A DNA stretch of 63,972 nucleotides, the filler included, from Octopus bimaculoides (taxonomy: Eukaryota): assembly GCF_001194135.2 (NCBI RefSeq). It is 6 parts of 6 records of this genome, joined end to end, with 100 filler letters (N's around TTAATTAATTAA, not from the genome) between each part and the next. Parts side by side here need not be neighbours in the genome. Positions count along the whole stretch, not along the records: positions 11,941 to 37,565 come from NC_069007.1; 5 more parts are not named here. One strand, written 5' to 3'. The notes under the pieces were generated by a model. The model searched no databases, was not told the origin of the DNA, and saw only the letters and a list, made by a program, of their open reading frames with translations. Numbering within the stretch: the first letter of the stretch is position 1; each line of letters starts with the position of its first letter. A program made the position numbers and the translations under genes. Of the stretch, positions 24,542 through 37,665 are shown in pieces.

Positions 24542-24578
24542 TCTACGAAGTTAGCTAGTAGGAGATGGAATGTAAATC

Positions 24579-24975
24579 CTCACAGGCGTGGCTCACAGGC
24601 GTGGCTCACAGGCGTGGCTCATAGGCGTGGTCACTTGGGCAGGTGGCTGCTGCTATAGTCTGGGACCGACTAAAGTCTTGTGAATGCATTTGGTAGACAG
24701 AAACTGAAAGAAGTCCATCGTATATATGCGTGTGTGTGTGTGTGTTAGTGTGTGTGTGTGCGTGTCACTTTGTGTCTGTTTTTGTGTTTGTTCCTCACCG
24801 CCACTTGACAACCGGTTATGGTTTGTTTACGTCCCCATAACTTAGTGGCTCGGCAAAAGAGTACGATTAAGGACCAGGCTTAAAAATAAATACTGAGGTC
24901 GATTCGTTCGACTAAAAATTCTTCAAGGCTATGCTCCAGTATTGCCGCAGTCACGAAATAAGTAAAAGACAAAAA
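24579..24975 (+). mobile_element. SINE family A variant with a 4x repeated 13-bp 5' end
   Basis: (ctcacaggcgtgg)x4, then cacttgggcagg...gaaactgaaagaag, (TG)n and tail. Confidence 0.8.
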
Positions 24976-25194
24976 AGCTTGCTTTTATGCTCTCTCAACT
25001 TACCGACAGGGCTATCGTGCACTCACATCGGTACATTCACACTGTGTCTAAATTTATTGTTTGTTAGGGCTTCTCGTCTTCGCAATGGCTTCGATACGAC
25101 GATGTCTAAAGGTCGGCTTCATTTCGTGCATCCTGCGTGCTTGCAAGATGGCGACTGAAGTGATTGATCCGCGAACGATAGATCCATTCATGTG

Positions 25195-25390
25195 GAGGCG
25201 CAATGGCCCAGTGGTGAGGGCATCGGACTCGCGGTTTTGATTCCCAGATCGGGCGTTGTGAGTGTTTATTGAGTGAAAACACCTAAAGCTCCACGAGGCT
25301 CCGGCAGGGAATGGTGGTGAACCCTGCTGTACTCTTTCACCACAACTTTCTCTCACTCTTACTTCCTGTTTCTGCTGTGCCTGTAATTCA
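25195..25390 (+). mobile_element. SINE family C, 5' half
   Basis: ggaggcgcaatggcccagtggtgagggc...cctgtaattca. Confidence 0.85.
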
Positions 25391-26760
25391 TAGCAGCCGC
25401 AGGAAAATGTCTGTGTTGTGCTTGTCTCTGCCTTGATAAAGGCCCTTCCACTCGTCTCTTCTCTCCTTCCCTTCCAGTTGACATGGCCGTTTGCCTCAGA
25501 TGTGCTGGTAGCTTCCTGGATGGTACGGCGCCAAGCATTCCGGTGAAAAACAAGAGTGGTCCACAAGTGGGGGAATCAACGTTACAAACTTTCAGGGTCT
25601 TTTTCAGCGTGTCTTTAGACTGTTTCTTGGACACACTGTTGATTTGACAGCCAGAAGACAATTCTTCGTAGAGTACGATCTCTGTCAGAAATGCCCCGCC
25701 CAGCGTAGCTGTGTCGTCATAATTCTTATAATTTACAGACGATTGGCAACACAGATCACAAATTTGAGGTCTGGACGAATGACTTAGAAAGGAAGTACAG
25801 ATAGGGACTCTGTTACTGAAACCCGATCACGTGCCTTCCAAGTGTGCAAAGTGTAGGACGAGCGGATTTGTGAACAAGTCAAACGGTAATGGCAAAGCAA
25901 TCGTCAACAGGCAGCAGCGAAACACTCTTAAGAGGCCGAATGGACTAGAGTCAACAATATTCAGTAAAAAAATATCACTAGAAAGAAATTGACGAGAGCG
26001 GAAGATGGTGAAAAATATGTAAGAAACAATTAGAGGAAGCGTCTTACTTGATATGTTGACGGCTTTATACTAATTCTTCAACGCAAAACATAAAGGTTGC
26101 ATTGAGAGAGCTAAGGTACGTGATTTAAAACATAAATACACAAAAGTTATTTGATGAACTCGATGAGTAGGGTCTAAGCGTGGTGGAAACAACGCCGCGG
26201 TTCGCCTTCAGTATCAGACAGATGTGTACGACTTCCCAGCGGCGCTTTGCTCAACCAAACAGAACATTTTTAATCACCCTTGGTAGATACATTTTACCAA
26301 ATCGTTTCTCACGGGACTGTAGACCCGGATCAAGCAATGACCAAACTGGATACCTAGTATTTGCTATCGATAAAGCTTCCACATAATTATTCTATAGGGG
26401 ACGAGTGATGAGGAACAACGACAACATTCCCCAAGAAACTCTCTGCACCGCCGAGAATCAATTGTCTGAGAATTGCTGGCAGAATCTCAACGCGGCGATT
26501 GAGGATAATTTCCAGAAATCCTTGGCCTGGCAATGCTATCGGAGAACAAAAGCGCCTTATCAGCTCTAGATAAACTCAAAAAGCACACGAATAGTGTTAG
26601 CTGGGCCTGTTTAAGTTACACTCTCAAAACGTTCTGCACGCACTCATTAGGAGCCCGAGTATTGTTCATTCGTGGGGTTTAATTTAACAGCTGTTGCAGA
26701 ATGGAGAACAGATCCGGACATAGGTTAAGTCCCACATAAAAGATCGCACCGCCATTTTCA
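25390..26760 (-). mobile_element. Decayed RTE-BovB-like LINE (RT and C-terminus)
   Basis: ILYEELSSG...KKQSKDTLKKTLK...RNAWRRTIQ (consensus YGEL..G...KKRxKDTLKxSLK); DLFSIL and LLFSD remnants upstream. Confidence 0.7.
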
Positions 26761-26879
26761 TTTAAAAGATAAGTCAAATGAAATATTGTGGCTATGACGA
26801 CTGTTGTGGTGCAATAATAATAATAATAATAATAATAATCCTTCTTTACTATAGGCAGAAATCCTGATTTTTTTGTGGG

Positions 26880-27040
26880 GAGGGGTCAGTTGATTATCCT
26901 AATACTCAACTTGTGATTTATCGAGCGTAAAACGTTGTATGCCAAAGTCGACCGAGGCAAAATTTGAACACAAAAAGTAAAGAGCCAGAATAAATGCCAC
27001 TAAACATTTTGCCTGACCTGCTAACCATTCTGCTAGCTCG
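26880..27040 (-). mobile_element. SINE family B
   Basis: Reverse complement head, B-box and core. Confidence 0.7.
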
Positions 27041-27939
27041 TCGTTTAATAATGATAATAACAGTAACAACAACAATAGTAATAATAATAGAAATTATAAG
27101 ACGCAAAAATTAAGGAATGTGTCTGGTAAAATACGCAAAACTTAAAACAAGATATTTCTATAAAATAATTCGACATCCACTTTCGTTGATGAGGTCATCT
27201 GGCAGAGTACCCACCTCATCTCCTTGATCACGCTTCTACCGTGTTACATTTTTGTATAGCTCAGAGTCGAAACTTTCCTGCTTTTCTGTGAAGAGATTTT
27301 CTGTTATATTGCGCAAAAGAGAGAAACCATTAAATTCTTCGATATTTGCATTATTTTTCTATCCGTTTTGTGTTATTTAAAAACGTGAGACCACTTTATT
27401 TACAAATAGCTCTTCGTTTCGATATCTTTGTATAGGAGTCCTAATGGCGCTTTGTTTTTCTTACGAATGGCTGTGAATTTTATTTCCTTCAAAACGTGAA
27501 TTGGTTCCGCCTCATGCCTCACATTGCTTCTCTTGTTTGCCAGGGATTCTTCTTCAGCTGAAAGATTTTCCATTTTTGCAGGACGTGTAACCCTTATCTG
27601 GCAATGTTATAGCTTTTCAGGTGTTTTCCGTTAGGGGCGTTTTTTGGATGAAAGTCTGCTTATCCCCATCGGTCTCCATCTGACCCCCAAACCTTAAAAG
27701 TATATAGGATGCTACTGCAATGAGGGGGCGCTTCCTGTCCGTTTAGTACAAGCTATTATTGTTGTTGTTGTCGTGTATGATCCTCGATGTCTGTCAGTTG
27801 TGGCTTGGAGAGCTGCATTTGAGCCTCATGCCTCACTCCTTGTAATGATGAGCGAGCAGTTCCCTTAGACGACTCACAAGTTGTACCTGGTATTGCCCTG
27901 AAGTTAACTTCCTTGATCTGTTGCAGTTGTTTCCAGAGG

Positions 27940-28275
27940 TGAATTATTCAAACCCCCAGAGAATTCCTCTCAACACATGGCTATGATGCTCCCCCACTAC
28001 TTCTGCTCATGATCAGAGATGCACATCAGTCAGCTGCCAAGGGACATGTTCAAGGTTAAGGTCAAACAACTGACAAGCAAACCTGTGGTATTGCGTCTAC
28101 TGTAGTCCATCTTTTATACCAAGACAAAATATGCACATCATAACACTTCCAATCAATAAGATCAGAAGGCGGCGAGCACGCCGGGCGAAATGCTTAGCGG
28201 TATTTCGTCTGCCGTTACGTTCTGAGTTCAAATTCCGCCGGAAGAAATAAGATCAGAAGCCATGAGAGTCGGTGC
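27940..28275 (+). repeat. Unclassified dispersed repeat (second copy at 31570-31640 + 32008-32130)
   Basis: ctctcaacacat(g/t)gctatgatgctcccc...aaggtcaa(a/g)caactgacaagcaaa shared; both copies interrupted by SINEs. Confidence 0.7.
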
Positions 28276-28625
28276 CTGGTATTGCATCAAGTGTCGCCGA
28301 AATCGACTTTCTTCTTTGCCCTTTTCAGATCGATGAAATAAATATCTGTGGAGCACTGGCCTCGGTGTAATCGACTTGCGCCCTCTTTCAAAATTGCAGG
28401 ATTTGTGTCTATAGTAGGAAGGATTATTTTCATTTATATGATTGGCAAAATCGCTAGACAAAATTCTTAGCGTTTGTATACATTCTGAATTTAAACTCTG
28501 CCGAGGTTGACTTTACTTTTCATCCTTTTGAAGTAGAGAAAATGAAGTTAAATACTGAAGTTGATGCAATCGACTAACCCTCTCCTCACCCCCATTAAAT
28601 TTGCAGGCCTTGTGCCAAATTTAGA
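28169..28625 (+). mobile_element. Cluster of three SINE family B fragments
   Basis: Head only (28169-28245), core and tail (28290-28425), degenerate copy (28440-28625). Confidence 0.75.
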
Positions 28626-29429
28626 AATAATTATCATCCAAATCAGCTCTGGCAATACTCAACCTTCTGCCCGCAGTCCTTTTAATAAATATCTACCTGC
28701 TATGAGCACTCCATCTCGTATTTAATTCAAACAAAGAATTCAAATGTAAACTGCTCTAAGTATCCATTTTTATCTCATTTTCACACGGCAGGGTGTGATT
28801 CATGGTAGGTTGGGGATTTCGCTGCTATTTTTTTTTCTGCTGGTAAGTGACCCCCAAATTGTATAAATATTTCAAATTCGTAACTAAATCTGGTATAAAA
28901 AATGTTTGAGTTGCTCAGCTCGCTTTTATACAACACGAAATGCATACTTTATACTGTTATACCACGTATTGAAAGAATATTGTTGATTTTGTTGTGTTTT
29001 AGACATGAGAAATTAAATGTTAAGCTTGTGGTAAACCTAAAGCCTGTTCATGGTCTCTATGGTAAAAACTCAATTGGATATATGGATTTTCGTTTCGTTT
29101 ATTTTAAGGAATAATAAAGGTTCTTGGTCTTGATAAAATTGGACGGATTGGCAATTCTAACAAAATTGTTACATTAACACGTATGCTTATAAAAGGTCTA
29201 CGTACATATATGCGTGTGTTCGTGTGTGTGTGTTTGTGTGTGCATGTGTGTGTTTGTGTGTGCATGTGTGTGTATATGTGTGTGAGACAGAGAAACTACA
29301 ATGAATAAAACTTTATATAATTTAATTATAATTTCTCCTACGTTTGTTTTATATAACCAGAAACAGTAATAAGTGAAGTAGTAATCTACGCACTATACAA
29401 AAAACAGAGTGGATGACGATTATCTACTT

Positions 29430-29831
29430 ATGGAATATATATATATATATATATGTATATATATGTATATATATATACATATATATATATATGTATATAT
29501 ATGTATATATATACATATATATATATATGTATATATACATGTATATACATATACATACATGCATATATATATATATTTATATACATATATATATACACAT
29601 ACACACACATATATGCATGTATATAAATATCGTATGGGTGCTAAAATACACGCATATATATGTATACGAAACATACAAAGAAACATGCCAATAGGACTTA
29701 ATCATACTACTAAGAAGCAACACATAGAATATAGACATTTTAAAATATGATATGCAATACACAAAACACAAAACTGCGTGAACTTGTGCAGTAAAAGAAA
29801 AGCACAGCGAAAAAATATTACTGCTGAAATA

Positions 29832-29877
<46 letters not shown>

Positions 29878-29940
29878 CGACGATGATGATGATGATGAGA
29901 ATAGTAATAATAATAATAACAACAATAATAATGATAGTAA
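29430..29940. repeat. (TA)n compound and (GAT)n/(AAT)n microsatellites
   Basis: Visible in sequence. Confidence 0.9.
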
Positions 29941-30539
29941 TGCGTTACGTTCATAATATACGTCAAACGGAAACGAGGAGATCTATTCAAAAGCTGTTCC
30001 ATTTATGGAAAAGAATAATAGATTCAGAAACCGAATAAATTATTGCGAATACCCTAGCAAATGCACGGAGATTCATGAGCTTATTTGTTAAAAGGTGCAT
30101 GTAATACGAGTAGAATATCTCATAAAAAGCGTACGCTCTCAAATAGAAAGATAATCAGTTTATCACACACTCGAACACGCACACAAACACACACACATGT
30201 GCACACACACACACGTGCAAGCATACACACACATGCTCACACAACTACACATGCATAAAAATTTAGCGGCCACTAACGCAAGAAAATTTAACATAAAACC
30301 GAACGGAACCTTGAACAGCAAAACGACTCTGCTGTGGCTTACAAACACAATCCTACAGCTCCGAAAATCGATAACTTACATTCCGTACACGCAGATACAC
30401 ACATTCACAGGCACACATATCTCGAGAACACGAAGGTATGTCTGTTGTGATAGCAGAGACTAGCATTAAACGATTTTAAACCATGAGAATGAAGATGATA
30501 ATTAAAATATAATAATGATGATTTTGGTAGTAGTTGTAG

Positions 30540-30587
<48 letters not shown>

Positions 30588-30899
30588 TTTTAATGAAGAA
30601 TATTTGTTTGAGTAAAGTTGAGGAACATTTATACCAGCTATTGTTTGCTGAATTCCCGCCCTATCAGCATCTTTATTGTTGTAGTGAAAATTCTTTGAAT
30701 AAAATTGAATGTTCAGAAAAAGAAAAAAATACCTTTGGCTTGTGTTATTTTTTTGTTTTTGTTTTAGGTGTTTTTTTCTTGTGGCTCTGACTTATTCCAC
30801 GTTCTTGATTTGGGATCTTACGCATCTTCGAACTAGCTGCCGACTCTCACAATGCCACAAGCATCGGAAACGTTGAGATACGTTCTGGTGATGCCATAA

Positions 30900-31100
30900 T
30901 ACATTGGCTTCAAATTTTGGTACAAAGGCTGGCGGTGAGTCCTTTATAATGACCCCAGTGTTTAACTTGTACTGATTTTATCGATCTCAAAAGAATGTAA
31001 GGCAAAGTCGGCTTCGGCGGAATCTGAACTCAGAACGTAAAGACGAACAAGAAGCCGCTAAGTGTTTTGCCCGGTGTGATAACGATTCTGCAAGCTCGCC
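30900..31100 (-). mobile_element. SINE family B
   Basis: Reverse complement head ggcgagcttgcagaatcgtta, B-box and core. Confidence 0.8.
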
Positions 31101-31640
31101 ACCCTATGGTGATGCCACAATATACGGCATAATAATAATAATACTAGGAAACTCGCTTGCTACGCTGCGCTGAGGAAGCTTTTATAGAATTGATTTGCAT
31201 CTGGCTGATCTGAAAATGGTAAACGAAAAGACACCCAGAAAAAATTTGCAACGGATACATCTATGAATGTTGCTTGTCAAATGTGGCTCCTACTATCGGC
31301 AGAATTAAACGCCTCCTGTCATTAAATGCCGTAGTATGTTTGGTGTCGTCATATGCTGTACATTTGACACAGTCCAATGTAAATAAATAAATAAAAAGAT
31401 ATTATGGATGATAATATAACCCAGAACAGAGAATATAACAAATAATACATTACACTGCATAACAGGAGTTTTGTTTTTGGATAGCAAATGTTATTCCCTG
31501 TTTGCTTACCCCTACTAGAAAGTATGGAAAATGGCGTATGTTTTCTTCAAGCTTTGCTTTTCTTACGTTTATTCAAACCCCAAAGAATCTCTCTCAACAC
31601 ATTGCTATGATGCTCCCCACAAATACTCCTGCACATTATC

Positions 31641-32007
31641 GTTGCTGTTGGCACTCCGTCGCTTACGACGAGGGTTCCAGTTGATCCGATCAACGGAACA
31701 GCCTGCTCGTGAAATTAACGTGCAAGTGGCTGAGCACTCCACAGACACGTGTACCCTTAACGTAGTTCTTGGGGATATTCAGCGTGACACAGTGTGACAA
31801 GGCTGACCCTTTGAATTACAGGCACAACAGACACAGGAAGTAAGAGTGAGAGAAAGTTATGGTGAAAGAGTACAGCAGGGTTCGCCACCATCATGGAGCT
31901 TTAGGTGTTTTCCCTCAATAAACACTCACAACGCCCGGTCTGGGAATTGAAACCGCGATCCTATGACCGTGAGTCCGCTGTTCTAACCACTGGGCCATTG
32001 TGCCTCC
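31641..32007 (-). mobile_element. SINE family C, near full length, with ~13-bp TSD
   Basis: Head ggaggcacaatggcccagtggttag, tail gtgccaacagcaac; flanks cctgcacattatc (31628-31640) and cctgttcattatc (32008-32020). Confidence 0.9.
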
Positions 32008-33348
32008 CCTGTTCATTATCAAAGACGCATATATTGTCTGCCAGTAAGGAACATGCTCAAGTTGTTAAGATCAAGCAACTGACAAGCAAATCTGTGCTAT
32101 TGAGCAGAATGTCTGCTACAGCGATATTTGTTTTAGCAACTCAGCGCTGAATCTGTTTGAAAAGTAATGGAAAATAGGTCAGTTTCAAAACATTGATGTC
32201 CATGTGACAAAAGCAAAGTTTGAGGGGAATGGTAGTGATTTCCTTTGATTTCTACAGAGAAGCAAATAAGAAATAACATTTAGTGACCAAAGACAAAAAA
32301 GAAATTAAAATTTTTTTACGCTCTGTTACATATTTCTTCAATCTCTCGTTGAGCAGAATGGCTAAGCAGTGGAATCGCGCTGAGCCCATAACTTAAAAGT
32401 TCGTAAATCAAAACTGTGCGCTGTAAAGAATTGGATGCTAATTTTGTGATATATACATCGCAACTGAATTGTCTACAAATATACAAATATACCAACCATA
32501 TACATGTATATATACCTACTGGGTTAGATACAAATTATATTATGCAATAGAAATTTATAAAAGTTCAATGAGTCATCAACAGATCGGCGTACACCAAAAC
32601 ACAAGTAACAAGGTGGACACAGGCAACTATAAAAAATAGGAGTTTTTGCTTAAGCATAACGTATCAAAACTGTAGGAATACGTTTTTGTATTACATGCAC
32701 TTGTTACGGCTACATTCAAGACCATTCCTATAAAAAACAAACAAAACAAGAACAACAGCACCCCCCCCCCCCCCAAAAAAAAAAACAACAACAAAGAAAC
32801 AGCATGACTACTTCACTTATTTATCTGGTGGTTGTCGTGCGAGTTGACCGGAAGACCTCCAAGCATCCATGTAATAACAAACTGACAAGGGCACAAGTGA
32901 GATGTGAATTATTCAGGAAGAGAAACGGTTCGTGTGAGTGGTAGGGAGAGGCCAAGACAGTGACACCCTAGCAGATCACGGAATGAGTAGGTCGGTGATA
33001 GACACACATATAGCTTCTGTCAAGCAATTGAAGAACACAGTGACTAGCTAAGAAATTTAGTGACGGGGCTTGACTATATGGAAGTGAGTGCCTATCTTAG
33101 AACAACTGCTGGAAACAGAAGGTCCAGATGCAAAAATGAAATGCTAGGAAGGTCAGATAACAGAAGATTTGATGGTTGGAGTGACCTCGGGAGTTAAAAT
33201 GATGGCTCAGAGGTTACAGAATAAGTACACACACTGAAGGGTCAAAACCGAAAACCGGAAGCGCTATTTTGATTCACTGTTGGCGGAAACTAAATCTTTT
33301 GACATTCAAAAAACAAACACTACAGGATTTACTACTAAGATGCTTGCC

Positions 33349-34305
33349 AACATGGAACCTCATCAGATTCGAGGGATGCCGGATTCCAAAAATAGCGCGT
33401 CATCAAATTCTTTGAATGCCAGATTTCAACATAGAACGTCATCAGATTCTACGAATGCAGCATTTGAACAATGAGCATCATTAGATTCTATGGATGCCGG
33501 ATTTGACATAGGGTGTTATCAGATTCTAAGGATGCTGGATCTAAACATAGAGCGTCATCAGATCCTATGGGGTGTCATCAGATTCAATGGATGCCGGATT
33601 TGAACCTAGAATATCATCAGATTCTATAAATGCCGGATTTTAACATAGATCGTCATCAAATTCCATGGATGTCGGATTTGAACATAAAGGGTCATCAGAT
33701 TCTATGCATGCTGGGTTTGAACATAGAGCGTAATCATATTCTATGGGGTGTCGTCAGTTTCAATGGATGCCGGATTTGAACATAGAATGTCATCAGATTC
33801 TATGGATGCCGGATTTGAACAAAGAGAGTCATCAGATTCTATGGATGCTGGATTTGAACATAAAATGTCATCAGATTCTGTGAATGCCGGATTTCAATAT
33901 AGAGTGTTATCAGATTCAATGATGCCGGATTTGAACATAGGCCGCCATCAGAATCTTTGGATGCCGGGCTTGTACACAGAGCGTCATCAGATGGTATGCA
34001 TACCGGATTTGAACCTAGAACATCATCAGATTCTATGCATGCTGGATTTGAACATAGAGCATAATCAGATTCTATGGGGTGTCGTCAGATGAAATGGATG
34101 CCGGATTTGAACATAGAATGTTATCGGATTCTATGGATGCCGGATTTGCACATAGAATGTCATCAGATTCTACGAATGCTGGATTTGGAAATAGAGTGTC
34201 ATCACATTCTATGGATGAATGACTTGAATATAGAGCGTAGTCAAATACTATAGATCCTGGATGTGAACATAGAGCGTCATCAGGTTCTATGGATGCCGGA
34301 TTTGA
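33349..34305. repeat. 39-bp minisatellite, about 24 units
   Basis: Unit catagagcgtcatcagattctatggatgccggatttgaa; three 57-bp variant units. Confidence 0.95.
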
Positions 34306-34399
34306 GGCTATCAGTTTATCTTTTGTCCTTTGACTTGTTTCCGTCGTTGAACAGCGACCATACTGGAGCACCGCCTTGAAGGTCTTTTGTGTAGATGGT

Positions 34400-35130
34400 T
34401 CTGATAGGAATAATAATAATGCTAATGGTTGATACCAGCGATGGTAATCGTTTTGGTATTCATGGCGGTGGTGATGGCGATTATGATGATAATGGTAATG
34501 CTGATGGCAGTGATGATGATGATGATGATGATGATGGTGGTGCTGATGGTGATGGCAATGGCAGTGGTGATTATGAAGAGGGTGGTGATGATGATGATGA
34601 TGATGGTGATGAGGTTGGTGGTTGTATGGATGGCGGTGATGCTCGTGGTAGAATTGGCAATAATGAGCCTGGTGATGGTGATGGTGGTGGATATGATGGT
34701 GGTGGTAGTGGTGATGAGGATGGAGATGATAGTGATGATGATGTTGGTGGTGCTGCTGCTGTTGGCGGCGCTGATGTTGGTCTTAGTAGTGGTAATGTTG
34801 ATGATGACGATTATGATGATGGTGAAAATGCTAATGATTATAGTAGTGGTGCTGATGATGTTGATAATGATGGTATAGATGATGTGGTTGCGGGGATGTA
34901 TGCACTGTAGATGGCGTTGGTAGCTGTGGTAACGGTAGAAATGGCCGAGAGTAATGTTGGTGGAGGAGTTAATAGAATTTATTGTGGTTGCCAAAGGGTT
35001 GATAGTGGTGCCAACGAGGGCGAATGCAGCAGTACTTATGTTATTGTTATTGTTGCTGCTAGAGATGGTGGTGGAGAAGGCAGTGGTGTGGATGGTGGTG
35101 GTCATGGTGGGACTGGGGTTTCTATTGACT
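34400..35130. repeat. Cryptic (GAT/GGT)n low-complexity tract
   Basis: Degenerate trinucleotide repeat. Confidence 0.85.
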
Positions 35131-35425
35131 AATTGATCAGCAGAAATATGCCGCTATCATTGCCGTTTCTGACCTATATAATAATAGACATCGGTAAACA
35201 TTATAATGTATGTACACACAAACACATAGACACGTACATTCCCTACACACATACACGCACAATCAGCGTCAAGCACAAACTCGCGAACACATAAATCCAT
35301 GCACATGTAGGCATATATACACATACATATATGTATGTACATGTATATATTTGCAAATATGTGCATATGTTTATATATGTATATGCATGCATAGATATAT
35401 ATCTATATATACATGTGTGTATGTA

Positions 35426-35457
<32 letters not shown>

Positions 35458-35600
35458 ATCTAACTGTCTGTCTGCTTGTTTGTCTAACTCAGATCCATGC
35501 TGCAGCCAATATGTCAGCTTTTGTGTGTTTGTCTGTACATACACACATACATACATACATACATATATATATATGTAAATATATATTTCTATTATTTATC

Positions 35601-35978
35601 TTTTACTTTTTTTGTTTCAATCATTTGACTGCGGCACTGACTTTAGTCGAATAAATCGATCCTAGAGCTTATTCTTTGTAGGTCTAGTACCTATTCTATC
35701 AGTTTATTTTGCCGAACCGCTACTTTACGCGGGCGTAAAGACACCAACATCGGTTGTCAAGCGATGATGGAGACAAACAGAGACACACAAACGTATGTAT
35801 ATATATATACACACACACGACGGGCTTCTTTCAGTTTACGTCTACCAGATTCACTCACAAGGCTTTGGTCTGCCCGAGGTTATAGTAGAAGACACATGTC
35901 CAAGGTGCCACACAGTGGGACTGAACCCGGGACCATGTGGTTGGTAAGCAAGCTACTTACCACACAACTACTCCTGCG
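35601..35978 (-). mobile_element. SINE family A
   Basis: Reverse complement head cgcaggagtagttgtgtggtaagtagc, body and tail. Confidence 0.9.
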
Positions 35979-36321
35979 ACTATACATACAAAGATTCAAA
36001 CATACATACACACACACGCAAAATGTATAAATAAATATATATATATACATATATATATGCTCACACACAAACACACATATATATATATATACATACATAT
36101 ATGTATGCCTATATATGGACATATGCATATATAAGCATGCGTATATTTGATTGTTGGAGTGACCTAGGGAGTTAAAACGATAGGTCAGAGGTTACAGAAT
36201 TTCGTGGACGCTATTACGGTCATCAAGAAAATGTCCAGGAATCTCTCACCCAGACCACTACCGATATCACTATGCTGTATCTATACATACATATGTATGT
36301 ATGTACCCACATCTATAGCCA

Positions 36322-36352
<31 letters not shown>

Positions 36353-36721
36353 GCGCACACACAGACATACGCTCACAGAGACAGACACACATTTACTTAA
36401 TATGACGTAACGAAATTACCGGATAAATTGCAAATGCTATGGATTTCATAATTATATTTCTCATAGAAGAGTGCGGTATGTATAACTGAAGATAAGGGCA
36501 ACACCCTCTTGCTACCTGGAATTCCTGAAATTTCGTTTTTCGCTACTTGAAACTTGATTCCTGGCACCCGACTATTATTTCAAATTTACGTTTATTCAAC
36601 GACATACATATGCACACAGATACTCACTTATTATACAGGCATACATACTTGCTCTCACACTGTGTATTCACGCGCATACACACAAGCACCCGCTTACATG
36701 CGTACATATTTCATAAATACA

Positions 36722-36759
<38 letters not shown>

Positions 36760-36897
36760 TGTATAAATATCCACACATACACACACACACACGTACATGT
36801 GTACACATAATTTAGTGAGCTGAAAAAGACTGCACAGAATGGGAGAGTTTTAATAAATGTATTAGTTTAATATACATACATACTTACAAACATGTAA

Positions 36898-36932
<35 letters not shown>

Positions 36933-36938
36933 TATACA

Positions 36939-36977
<39 letters not shown>

Positions 36978-37026
36978 GCATATATGTATTATATACGAAC
37001 GCATGTAAGTGGGTTTTTGTGTGTAA

Positions 37027-37066
<40 letters not shown>

Positions 37067-37207
37067 ATACCAACTCACTCATTCATACACGCACACACAT
37101 ATGAAATAAAGATTTAGTTTAACATGGTGGGTACGGTTATCTCTCCGTGACCATCCCCTTGTAGGAAATATACATCATGTATATTTCCTTTTGAGGAATA
37201 CATAAAA

Positions 37208-37565
37208 GTGCTACATCCAAAAGATTTAAAACTTAGACCAATTATAGCTGGCCCAGTATGCCCTACTCACCGTCTAAGTAATTTCATCGACATTCTTTTG
37301 AAGCCACTTTGTACATACATACCCAGTTTCATTCGGGATGACATCGACTTTTTATCCCATCTTCCCAAAACCACTGAAACAAATTCAATCCTACTGAGCT
37401 TCGATGTAGTAAGCCTATACACAAATATCCCACATGATTTAGGAATAAAGGCGGTTGAATACTGGGTAAACAAACACAGAGAAGCAATTCCCAACAGGTA
37501 CACGGTGACATTTATACTAGAATCAGTGAGACTTATCCTGGAAAATAATACGTTCTTCTTCAATG
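37208..37565 (+). mobile_element. Penelope-like element reverse transcriptase fragment (open to the join)
   Basis: LKLRPIIAG...SFDVVSLYTNIPH...LILENNTFFFN are PLE RT motifs; no stop over about 118 codons. Confidence 0.9.
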
Positions 37566-37665
37566 NNNNNNNNNNNNNNNNNNNNNNNNNNNNNNNNNNN
37601 NNNNNNNNNTTAATTAATTAANNNNNNNNNNNNNNNNNNNNNNNNNNNNNNNNNNNNNNNNNNNN
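37566..37665. other. Artificial 100-bp join
   Basis: 44 N + TTAATTAATTAA + 44 N. Confidence 0.95.

Noticed and set aside
33349-34305. 39-bp array as a CRISPR array or a hammerhead array (CTGATGA in most minus-strand units)
   Set aside because: No unique spacers, no cas genes, eukaryotic context; no stem II-GAAA follows the CTGATGA. MD spacing does not match the reflectin motif either.
34395-35136. Gly/Asp-rich 171-aa ORF and overlapping ORFs
   Set aside because: (GAT/GGT)n low complexity; several frames are open simultaneously.
36489-36535. CTGAAGA followed by a small hairpin
   Set aside because: No correctly placed GAAA or stem I/III.
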